Origin: Pelomyxa schiedti
Lineage: Eukaryota; Protista; Evosea
DNA: 64,000 nucleotides
Direction of reading: 5' to 3'
Assembly: GCA_020536535.1 (NCBI GenBank)
Contig: JAHLWZ010000113.1
Coordinates: 66,548-130,547, forward strand
The position numbers and the translations under genes were made by a program. This document shows, piece after piece, positions 35,076-46,500 of this stretch; position 1 is the first letter of the stretch, and every line of letters begins with the position of its first letter. The notes beneath the pieces were generated by a model that was given only the letters and a program-made list of their open reading frames with translations, did not search any database and was not told where the DNA came from.

Positions 35076-36471
35076 ATGTCGTCCACACCCAGTGCCCCAA
35101 GCCAGTTAATACCTCAACAAGGCGGCAAGCACGCAGGGAAAAAAAGGAGGAGGAGGCAGCGAGATGGTGGAGCCACGGCGAGCGCTGCACCCAGCAACAA
35201 CAGCGGCAGCAGCGCCGACAAGAAGGGTGGCCTGCGTACCGACGGCCTTGGCCACGCCATAAAGAACACCGCCTACGACGGCACCTTCTTCACCACCACG
35301 TCCAAGCGCCGCCGCGACTCGGCCGCCAAAGCCAAGCCCAACACCCCCGCCAACAGCTGCAGCCGCGCCGAAGCCCCAGCGACATCCTGCAATGGCGAAG
35401 GCAATGGAGCCGCAGCTGCCGAGGAGGGCGAGGCTGTGGAGGAGGAGGAGCGGGGGGGGACTGTGGAGGGCGGGCGGCAGCAGCAGCGGGGGCGGCAGGA
35501 GCTGCCCAAGCACAGGCTGGGGCATGCGTGTGTGTACACGAGGTTCGCGCACTCGTACCACACGGGGTTGTGCTTGCACCAGGACTACAACCACAACTTA
35601 CCGAGGTATGTGCCGCTGCCCTCCCTCCACTGGCTGTGCTGCGTTTGTTGGCCCCGTTTTGGTTTTGGCATTTTCTTTGTGGTTTTGGATTGTGGGAGGT
35701 AATAATGGCGTGACTAGAGAACTTGAGAGAATTGGAGTTATTGGTGGAGAAGGCACCAACAAGATATTGCTTGAATTGGGTGCTGGAACTGGGAAGCTGA
35801 GTGGAATTATGGCTCCCAGTGTTCTTCATATTACTGCGTGTGATAAGGCCTCTCATATGTGCGGTTGGTTGCATCACAGTGATACTTGATTGCTGCTTAC
35901 CTCGGCAATAGAATATTTGAGCATGGATATGGCGAGGAGAGGAATCACTAATGTATCCACTGTAGTTGCGGACAATTCCAATCTGCCCTTCTCATCGCAC
36001 ATAGCCGATTCCGTTGTTGCTGGCTGGTCTATCTGTGAAGATGTGTCAAAACTCTTTGGCAATGATGATGGCATCGAGGAATGTGTTCGACGCGTTGTTG
36101 GTGAGATGACTCGCTGTGCCACAGTCGGTGGAATCATTGTAATTATAGAAACTCTTGGTTGCGGCTACGAACTGCCAAGAAGAACAGGCAGCCACTACTA
36201 CAAGATGCTAACAGAACGTTTTGGCTTTCAGTTCACCTGGGTTCGCACTGACTACATGTGGGAATCCAAACAAGAAGCTCACGAGGCTGCTCTCTTCTTT
36301 TACGGGCCAAAGGTTGCCTCCATGGTAACTGAAATACACATAAACGCCCCACAACCATCGCAGCAACCCACACCAGAGTCCACTGCCCCAACAGAACCCA
36401 AGTATGTGCTTTTGGAATGCACTGGGATATGGTGGAAAAAGATAGAAGCACAAACACAAACAGAGGGTTAA
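35076..36471 (+). CDS. Class I SAM-dependent methyltransferase, bacterial-like, with a low-complexity N-terminal extension
   Basis: Motif I LELGAGTGKLS; ADSVVAGWSIC; IIETLGCG; FGFQFTWVRTDY; ECTGIWWK. Confidence 0.85.
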
Positions 36472-36735
36472 CATAGTGAAAGAACGAGACAATTACAGAG
36501 AGAACAGTGAGCTCTGTGCTGAATAACCAAAAAAAAAAAGATCTTTTTTTTCGTGTAATGACGGATTGATAAAGAAACCAACAAGTGCACAGGTACAGGC
36601 AACCTGCCTGGCAGCGGGAGTTCCCGAGAATTGTACTTAAACACAAAACAAACGGTTTTCCTCGTTCCTCTACTAGTTTTTCTATTTTTTTCCTCCTGGC
36701 TTTCGCACCAAGAGTAATGGCTGTGGTTTGTTTGT

Positions 36736-39700
36736 TTAATGTCCACCGGCGGCAGTTGTGGCCGAGGCAGCTGCGGCTGCGTTGGCAGCTTCCTTTGCGG
36801 CTTCGATGGCAGCTTCGAGTGTTGGTGGCATGGGGGCACCGAAGAGGCCGGTGAAGGAGGCGCCACCACAGCACGGGATGACGCAGGGGTATACTGTAGG
36901 TGCTGTGGGTTCGTTGGGGAGACCAGTGAGAACGGTAATTTCTTCGCCGTTCTGGGAGAATGTTAGGAGAAAAGAAGTGGTCAAAAGAGTGGTCGGTCAA
37001 CCTTGTAGAAAGTGACTGTTCCTTTGCTTGGTGTTCTGTCAACGAACACTCCAAGGCGATCTCCTTCCACGAAGCAGGCATTTGCCAATTGAGAAACTGC
37101 AACACCATTGGAAAGGAATCTGCCTATTCGCTCCCACTTCCAGCAGCCAGTCTTGTCTGCGTAGCTGTTCAGCCCAATTGGAGCTCCTTCAACAATTACG
37201 GCAATGCCGCTGGCACTGCAGCTAGCGACGTCAATCATCACTTCCCAGTAGCGCTGCACTCCAGGAGCAATTCCATAAAGCGAGATAGTACACTGAGTTT
37301 TCTTTCCTGGATTTGTGACTGTGGCTGCGTTGTTGGAGAACTCCAAGTCAAGGCCCTCCAGTGGCCTCCAGGTATCCTTGTGGTAGAGAGTAACATCTAG
37401 AAAGAGGTAAATACAAACTTCAACCGGACAGGTACACACCAATGACAGGGGGTGGTGGAGGGGGTGCAAGTTCGGGAATTTCACGGCAAGTATCGTCAGA
37501 GGGTACCGCACAGAAGTCCACGGTGAAGGAGTCGTTTGTGCAGCAAGGTGTGATTGATGGGAAAAGGTTGTCCGATGTGGCGGGTAGCCCAGTCAGAGTC
37601 TTCAAAGCGCGACCGTTTTTGTAGAAGGTAATGGTGTGTTTGTTGGGGCGTCGATCAACGAGGATGCACATCAAGTCACCAGTCCGGAATCTCTCATTTC
37701 CATCAATGGTGGTACCGTTCTGGAAGAACTTTCCAGTGGCTTCCATCTTCCAACAGTTGGAAGTGTTGGCGTGGTTATTGGCCATGTCTCCTACTTTGTT
37801 CTCGTGTACGACGCCAAATCCACAAGAGTCGCAGCTTGAGTTGTGGATCGTAATCGACCAGAATCGGGCTGTTCCATTAGGAATGGGCATCTTGGAGCAC
37901 GTGGACTGAGTAGTATTGGTAGTGTTGGTGACAGTAAGATCGCCGTTAGAGAAGACGGCATTATTGCCTGACAGATGGCGCCAGCAATCGTCAGCCCATT
38001 TGCTTGTAAGGCACCTTCGGGGCTTGACAACTGTAAAAAGTATTGAGCTCATCTTTAAAGAGAAACGTTTGCGTACTTGTAGAAGCAGCCTTGGCTGCGG
38101 CCTCTTTCTCGGCGGCCTCCTGAGCGGCTACTACAGCGGGATCAATGAATGTTGCGGTTTCGAGGTTCAAAGCTCCTGGCAATTCAATGGCAGTGGGCTG
38201 TTTGGTGGAGAAATCAGCAGTGAAAATATTTCCGCGGCAGCAAGCACCAACAAACGGGATGAGAACCTCCCCTTCAGCACTCTGTAGTCAAGTCAAAAAG
38301 GAGAAAGGAGAAGCAACAAAAACCATACAATAGTGAATTTCCTCTGGTTAGTTTCGTCGTTATTCTTGGTGATTGTAAAGAGTGTGGGTTCCTTTCTTCT
38401 ATCACAGAAACAGGTCAGCACATCACCTGCACCGAATCTCTGACCAGTGTCGTTGCAGCTGCCGTTAATGTAGGCAGAACCACCTGAAGAATGCGGTTAA
38501 CTAAGCTTTTTACAAGAATTGACCAAACCTGCTTGCCACTTCCAGGATCCAGTTCCGTCTCCGTGGTTACCTCTTCCGATGGAAGCGCTTGGTTTGGCAA
38601 CCCCCACACCAGCGTGGCTGCAATCAACGGCTCCAACCTTAACCTTCCATGTGAAGCAACAGCCTGGGGGGATGCCGTACTCCGCGAAGGTACTTTGAGT
38701 GTTGTTCGTAGTGTTCGTCACAGTCAAATTATTGTCGGAAAATACGATATCAAGGTTAGTAAGCTGCTTCCAGAAATTCTTTGGCCACTGCTCGATCGCT
38801 TTCCCAATGCCACCGACAGCTTTAGAACCACTAGCGCTCATATTGCGTTTCACTCCAATCATGTTGGCATGAGACACGTCTAAGCCGGTGATGGTGGTGT
38901 TGCTTAGGTCAGCTCCCATCAAGTTGCAGCCCCTCAGTATGCACTTGGTGAGATCAGCTCCGCGGAAGGTGGCGCCAACCATGATTGCCCCTGCAGCGTT
39001 GGCCGTTGTTAAATTGGCCCCCTTAAGCTTGGCTTGAATCAAATTGGCTCCAGTCAAATTTGCACCAGTGAAATCAGCCATGGAAAGATCACACATCTCG
39101 AGATTGCATCCAGACAAATTGGCGCCAGCGAAATTCCATCCGCGCATTACTTTTCGTGAAAGATCCTGGCCAGAGAGGTCTTTCCCCTTGTTGTTATAAG
39201 GGAGGGATGCGCCTCCAGTTGTAATGGTATCCATAATTGGCCCCAATAAATCCTTGAGTGCAAGGAATCGGCAGGTTTTTTCGTGATCAGGGAGGGATGG
39301 TTTGGGACCTGTCAAACTGTCAACTCGAGAAAAAAAGCCAAGAAAACAAGGTACCTATCCAAGGGCACAAAACCGAAGCAGCAGAACATTTGACAGGTGC
39401 CATTTTGCACCCAGAGCGTTCATGCTCTGCCATGTCCTTGGGGGCAATCTTCTCACCACATGGGCAATCTATGGGACGTCACCTCGTGAGAGTAACGCTA
39501 GGATACTAACCAATAGGACAAATTGGTACGTGCTCGCCGCTAAATTTCCCGCGTTTCACCTTTGTAGCGCACCTGGGGCAAGGAATAATGGTCTCCGGAC
39601 AAACTTCATCGTGTCTGGCGAAATCTTTTGGGGCAACACGCTGACCACAACCGTTCACACAATCTACCAAATGTCACAGAAGGGAAATAATTGCGGGAGA

Positions 39701-40504
39701 TTTACCAATTGGGCAAGAGTCCTTATGATCAGGAGCCAATATTACGTTTCGTTTTGCTGTCAGTCCGCAAAGCTTGCAAGAAATTTCCTGCTCAGTGCAG
39801 ACGTTATCTCTGTGGATCTCGAAATCAAGCGGTGTCACCGAGACACCACAACCAAGAGGGCAAGCTAAAGCAAGTCAACGTACAACAAACGCCCGAGGGA
39901 GAAGCCAAACCTTGGGGGCAGTGATTCCAATGACGATTTAAGAGTTTCCTCTGCACTGCGGTTTTGCAAGTTGGGCAAACTACTTCAAGAGAATCGACGA
40001 GTTGCAACATTGTGAGCGCACGCACAGGCACCTTCTGATGAACCAACATCTCAGAAGAGCATTGCGGGCATTGTGAAGACTACAAAGTGAAAGCAACATT
40101 ACTCTCAGGTAAGAAAAACCCCCGCAATCTCGTACCTTGCAACTGCAACTAGCACAGAACGTGCCACCGCATTCAAGATGGGTCATGGGATCAAGGACTG
40201 GGCCCTTGCACACAATACAGAGAACCTGTGCGAGAGCGGGGTTGCTTTCCACTGGCTCCTTGTACTGAAATTCGATACCGCTGTTTGGTCGGTACAATTT
40301 CATCATCACGGGAGGTGTCTTGACGGGCTTTGCTGGTGTTGGCGCCGCCGCAGGAGTAGCACTTGTTGTTGTCGCAGTTGAGGTTGTAGCTGTTTTACGA
40401 GTGGAAATAAAGAGGAGAGAAAAAAGTTACGACACGAAGATCTCGAAGGGGGGAAAAAAAAAGGGAAGGGAGAAGAAGATCTCGGGGTGTAGAGGCGTAC
40501 CCAT
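36736..40504 (-). CDS. RING + TRAF-type zinc fingers + pentapeptide repeats + three SPRY domains (putative E3 ligase)
   Basis: RING CIVC...HLECGGTFCASC..CPQC; TRAF fingers CPTC..H..HC, CPLGC..H..C and CVNGC..H..C; A(N/D)LxGANL pentapeptides at 38880-39180; three FSxxxLTVTN...W...GxGV...GD...VDR..TITFYKNG...PC repeats. A 4-nt first exon (ATGG) is predicted at 40501-40504. Confidence 0.85.
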
Positions 40505-40775
40505 TTGTCACTCGAAGGTTTTATTTTTTTTTCTGGGAGGGTATCGCTCCGGGTGTTTGTTGGTTTATTTTTTTTTATGTTTGGTTTGGTTCCAAACCGT
40601 TTAAAGGAAGCAAAAAATTGTTGACAATTCTCGATTTTTTCCCCTTTGTAGAAACTAAAAATAAAAGAAGAGAAAAATAAAAAAACGACGTTTCTGGCTC
40701 TTTAGGAGTTTTTTCTAACCTACAAAAAACACTGACATAGAAATTCCCTCTTGTTGATTGAACCTGTTGGTTCAA

Positions 40776-41646
40776 TCAATGGCGGCCCATGAATGAACTG
40801 AATAGTCCCCTTTTCTTTGTTGATTGCGAAGTGGAGGTAGTGTTGCTGGTAGTTGTAGCAGCAGCTGAAGAAGTGGTAGTAGTTGTAGAACCACTGCTGG
40901 CACTGGCGGTTGTTGTTGTAGAACTTCCGAGGGATACTTTTGACCACAGGCTCCTCACAACAGACTCAAATGCGGCAGTGACACTGGCTGGTTGTGCGGG
41001 GTCGGCATCCACTACGTTTACTCGGGTGGAATTCGCAAATGCTGTTACTTGAGCAGGGTCAACTTCGCGTGGTGTGGCCGGCCTCACATTTCCAACAACT
41101 AGCTTTTTCACATCGTCTTTGGTGTATTTGTCCGCTTCGGCTAGCCAGGTACTAAGACCTTCAAAAGTTGCTGCTCTCGTAGTATCAAAGACGAGAACAA
41201 TGGCATGCACGCCACGGAAAGAACTCGTAGTGACAGTATCGACAGATTGCATTCCTTAAGTTAATTAGAAAAAGAACAGAACAAAGGAACACTAGTGTTT
41301 AGTTTTGTATGCCTATTCATGCCAAAGATAAATTATTATGTGTTATGTGAAAATAGAAGTGGATTCGGCGTACCTGTGGTTTCGTACAACATTAATTTCA
41401 CAACTTTCCCCTCGAGGTTTATGGTTTTTACATAACAACCCTCACTATTCGGCGGATTCGTGTTCCCAATGAATGACTGTATTAGTGTCGTCTTTCCAAC
41501 CTAAAGTTTTTGCAAAGAAATGAGACCGACCATTACCCACAACAAAAAGGAAACAAAAATGGGAAAAAAAAAAGTGTGGGGAATGCCTTTGGATCGCCGG
41601 CAACGAGAATTTTAAACAAGAAATCATATCCTCCCTTTTTGGCCAT
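40776..41646 (-). CDS. Atypical Rab1-like small GTPase (degenerate G motifs, no prenylation Cys)
   Basis: YDFLFKILVAGDPKVGKTT, KTINLEGKVVKLMLYETTG, SFRGVHAIVLVFDTT, LVVGNVRP. Confidence 0.85.
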
Positions 41647-41890
41647 CGTGGTTGCTCGTATTAACACAAACAAAAAGGAAACGACACGAGCGCTCGCCTT
41701 CACCGATCTTGGGTTTTTTTTGTTTTGTTTCGAGCGTTCCCCGAATCTGCTCTTGCACTCGAAATTCTCTAAAGTTGGTGCTGGGAGTGGGGAGGTACAG
41801 TCCCTACCATGCAACACTGCAGCTTACTGTTGTTTTGGAATGGGTCCCAGATAGTAGATGTGAGAGACGAGACACATTGTGTCGACTTAA

Positions 41891-43302
41891 ATGGATTCCC
41901 TCGACTCTTTCGCGTGGCCCGACAGCGGAGATGCCGTAGATGACACTAGCCCCCACTCCCAAACCACAGATTCCCGCAACTCAGCAGAAACACAACCCCC
42001 GCCTTCGGCCACCACGACGTCGTCTTGCTCATGCGACGAGCCCAACGCCGCCGCCGCCACAGCCACGTGCACCCGCCCGCCAGGAGGCCGGACCAAGGCC
42101 CCCTCCCCTTTCTCCCGCATCGCGGCGCGCACCGCGTCCTACTCGGGGATCGACCCTGCCGCGGCGTCGCGGGGCCTGCCCTCCAAGTGGGAGAAGGTCG
42201 GCGACGTGGCGATATTCAAGGGGGCGCGGGACGACTCGCTGGTGGCCCGCTGCGGGCTGCACTTCGCGCGGGCCGCGGCGGAGGTGATCCCCAACACGAG
42301 GGTGGTGTGCCTGCAGAGCGGGGGCGTCGGGGGCGAGCTGCGGGTGCCCAGCGTCGCGGTGCTGGGCCCCGTGCTGCCTGCCCAAACCACCACTGTCCAC
42401 GTCGAGAACGGCATAAGGTACACTCTCGATATCACAAAGGCATGCAATCCATCTCTTTCATTTTTTTTTTTTTTTCCCCCCCACAATATGGTTTTTTTTT
42501 GGGGTTGGTGGTGGATTCCTTGCCTATTCCTAAATTGGTAGTATACCAAACAAAAAATTAATGAGCAAAATTTAATTAAATAGGACTCCATTGCATGGTG
42601 TGATTTATCCACATTCAGGTGATGTTCGCGTCGGGAAATGGAACGGAACGCATGCGGTTTTCTCACATTCGTGCCGATAACGAAGTTGTTGTGGACATGT
42701 TTGCTGGGATTGGGTACTTCAGTATTCCCTTGGGCAAGCACGGTCACCCGAAGTGCATTTACAGCATTGAAAAGAATAAGGACTCCTTCCAATTTTTGGT
42801 TGCCAATATTGGTAGGTTGTTCTGTCGTACGTTTTTAACTCTCAAACATAACTTCCTCCCTAGAGCTGAATTCTGTCTCTGGAGTCGTTACTCCAATACT
42901 TGGTGACAATAGGGAAGTTGGAATAGAGGCACTTGGTATTGCCGATCGAATACTTATGGGCTACATTCCCACACCATCAGTATATTTCCTTTTGTGCGGT
43001 GTTACTTCTCAAAGAGTGTAGAATTTTCTTCCCAGGGCCTTCCAGTTTGCTAACCCAAGTGGGTGCCTTGTACACTACCACTATGTGTGTAAGCAGTCAG
43101 AGAAGGAGGAGATGCCTCAACAGCACTTTGTGACAGCCTGCACAGGAACACCCTGGCAATTCCAAGTAGAGAACATTGTAACAGTCAAGTCCTATGCCCC
43201 TCAGGTATTATTTTTTTTTCCCTGCAAAACAACACAGTCTAACTACCTTTCCTCTTACAATAGCTGTACCACTTTGTGGCCGACATCAAAATCCATCACT
43301 GA
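41891..43302 (+). CDS. TYW2: tRNA wybutosine-synthesizing protein 2 (Met-10/Trm5 family)
   Basis: LPSKWEKVGD, GELRVP, HVENGIRYTLDITKVMFASGNGTERMR, VVDMFAGIGYFSIP, IEKN, VKSYAP. Confidence 0.9.
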
Positions 43303-43449
43303 GAAACTTTTCATCAAAAAATAAAAACAAAAATCGATTGAACGCAAAAAAACCAAAGGCGAAAAACCCAACGCGCCACGCTCAGCGTCAATTGGTAGCC
43401 AGTGAATCCATCCAAGCAGTAGACCAATTGATACACCCAATTGAGTGAG

Positions 43450-44500
43450 ATGCCCGAGCAACAGACTTTCAGCGGGGTGGCGATGGCGGCCACGGTGCTA
43501 TTTTTGGCGGGCGCGGGCGTGGGGTCGTGCTACATGTTGTCTTTTGTTCAAAACTACGACTCCTTGCCCAGCGTCCCTGGATTCTCTGACGTCATCTCCA
43601 TGCCACCGGTGGGTCACACTCTCACTTTAATTTCACGCTAACACTCGCACTTCACTTATTGACTCATTTTGGCCACAAAACTAAACTAATTTATTATTAA
43701 ACGGTATATTTATTTTTCTTATTTAACAACATGGGGCCAATCTAATACACGTTTCCCTTATGCTATTGTTGCAGGCTAGTTGTATTGGGAGTGTGTTTAT
43801 AACAACAGCTGCAGCCTTGGCTATGATTGTTGCGGTACTAAAGTACTGTAACCACTTGCTGAGTATCTACGATTTGGACAGTACCTCAATTGTTAAGAAA
43901 CGCGGCTGCATCAGGTTTCTGAGGCCATCAACTTGGTCCGCTTCAGCTCAGATGAGGCTCTCCAGGCTTGTACTTGCCTTGGGACTGTGGACAGCTTTCC
44001 TCCTTGGGCTGGCTGCTTGTGTTCAAAGGTCGGCCATGCCCAAAGCACACGAAGTTTTCCTTGGAGGATTTGTCGAAGGAGCCGCTTTGTATTCTCTACT
44101 AAATTCATGGCTGGAGATATCACTGCGGCAGGATTCCGAAGGCTATTCTCCTAGCTCCGCAATCAGCAGTCCAGGAGGGCCCGTTGGGAATCGAAACAAA
44201 CCCGGCGCCATTCTTAGAGTGCTACTGTGCATTGGCTTGCTTATATTTGGAATTGTCTATGGTGGTTGTATTGGTCTTGCAGTTCTCAGGCTGATGGCAG
44301 GCAGGAACATTGGAATGATCAGGACCGGTGAAGCTATATCCTCCACGGCGGCGCTTGTATTATGGGTGCTATTTGTTGCAACCTCGGTAGGGGACTTCAA
44401 ACAGGCCAAATGTGCAGTCTTCGCATCCAACAACAACAAATCTGTTGTGAGAGTAAACAAAGGTGCAGTCCTACCACTGGACGACCTTTCTGACTCATAA
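43450..44500 (+). CDS. Multi-TM membrane protein, Frag1/DRAM/Sfk1-like
   Basis: About six hydrophobic helices; the pattern DVISMPP.SCIGS..., AHEVF... resembles this family. Confidence 0.55.
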
Positions 44501-44559
44501 GTTGATATCAATAAATAAATATCCCACTTTTTTTGATCTTTTCTTTATGCAGTACATTG

Positions 44560-46282
44560 GTTACTTTGCTGTTTGCCTAGAAGGCAGGAGCACAGAACTC
44601 GTAAAGTCCTGACAGGAACAGTAACCTCAACAGGATTATGAATGCATCAACACCAGCCGTGTTGAGCAGACTCTGTGCACGTGGAATCAGAAGGCCACGG
44701 GTCATCAACTAGGAAAAATGTGGAATTGGTGTCCAACCACCATGAATGAAAGGCATCACTTGAAGTAACACCTTTGATGGATGGATCGTACCAGTCCGGA
44801 TCAGAACAGGTCTTGGCGAGGTGGTGAGGCAACTATGGATAGAAGAAGGAAGGTACTTGGCCGTGCTGATAGCATGATGTCAAGAAGAGAGAGAAGGTGT
44901 CAGTGTTTTGTTGTACTACTTGCTGTATAGATTGAGATAAGGCGTCCTCGAAAACTGCGAAGGCATCGAGCTGGTCAGAGTTACAGTTCAGTGAAATGGG
45001 ATCACACCCTGGTTTTAAGAGTAACATTAAAAGGGTGATGGAGTGCCAAAACCTTCACTAACCAAGCTTCAATAAGTTTTCAACTTGCCAGCTGTCGCCC
45101 ATGCTCTGAGGTAAGAAGAATCTCAACCTTGGGTCCTCCACTAAAGGTAGGATATATTGTGGGAAAAAACACATCCACAAATCATCTCCATGTGCAGCAG
45201 CACAATTAGGGTCAACACTGCCCGTTGCATTCCACAAGTGTGGTCCTATAGCATTCTTCAGTTGGTTCCGCATCACATATACTCCCCACTGACGAACTCG
45301 TCATAATTGATAATTTCGTAGAAAATATACCTGATAACTGGGATAGTCTAAGAAATACCCTGAATCAGGCATGACACCGAATGCAGTCGTTTTCGGTAAT
45401 TTTTCTGCAACACGAGAAGATATCATTATGGTTGACAACGCGCCAGCAGATGTTCCCGTTAGAACGACTTCTGTTGCTGTTTCCAGAAGTCCGCCAACTT
45501 GGTTCAAATCGTCAAGTATTACGTCAACAACATTGCGTTCGCGGAACCAAAGTTGAGTATTGGGTAAAACGAGAGGCTCTTCACGGTTACTGGTATGACT
45601 TGTACCGCCGCAATACATCCAGAACACTAATAACAGTTACAAGATATTTCGGAATTGGGTTCCGACCTAGATTCCAATCTGCAAAGGGATTCACAGTAGA
45701 ATTGTCATTCATGAAGCCTTCAGCGATATTGGGTGAGTCACAAAAGTGTTCAGTAAAGTAAAGTGAGCTCCCAAGATCACTCTGTGCCCTTGATAAACAT
45801 TGCGAGGCAGTCCAACACCAACCACCTCCCCTGAATTGGTGTTAAAAATTTGGAACCATTTCGACAACAATAGAGTAGTTTAGCCAACCTTATATGTATG
45901 CGCCACTTGTCTTTCTGTGCCCCTGTTCTCAGGTAATATCCAGGAGGTGATCTAAAGAGGAAATCACACAAGTTTTCTTAATGTCAATTGTTGGGTTTTT
46001 GTTATCCCTCGAGAGTTCACTCATTTGGATTGATTGTCAATTACAATACTATTATTATCCGTGGTGCCATTTATTGTTCTTTATGCCACGTGGAATCGTA
46101 TCTATCCCTCGTTCCCATAATGGAGGATGATGATACCCATCGAGGCAATAACCACCGTATTTGTCGGCTACATCGGCGCTCACCACGTGCAGAACCAATC
46201 CCTCGTCGTCGCACCCCGTCGTACATCCAATCCCCACCACGATTGCCACTATCACACTGACACCCACTACGGTGGGCTTCAT
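44560..46282 (-). CDS. Secreted pectin acetylesterase / Notum family hydrolase
   Basis: Signal peptide; YCLDGSPPGYY, GGGWC, nucleophile motif GTSAG, DSGYF, CFFPQY, SCYQH. The 3' end is approximate. Confidence 0.88.
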
Positions 46283-46500
46283 CGCTCAACGTACGAAAAA
46301 CGAGCAATTTGGGAGTGAGAATGGGAAAAAGTCCAATCTATGAGATGACCCCATGATGAAACCCAAGAGTTCCACACACCCAGGAGGGACGCGCGGTTCT
46401 GTTGATTCTTGGGTTGATTCTCGTGATTTCACAAACATCTCGCAGGAAAAGCACCCTCCGAACCGTTGCTTATCTGGAAAATCAAAAAATCAACAAAAAA

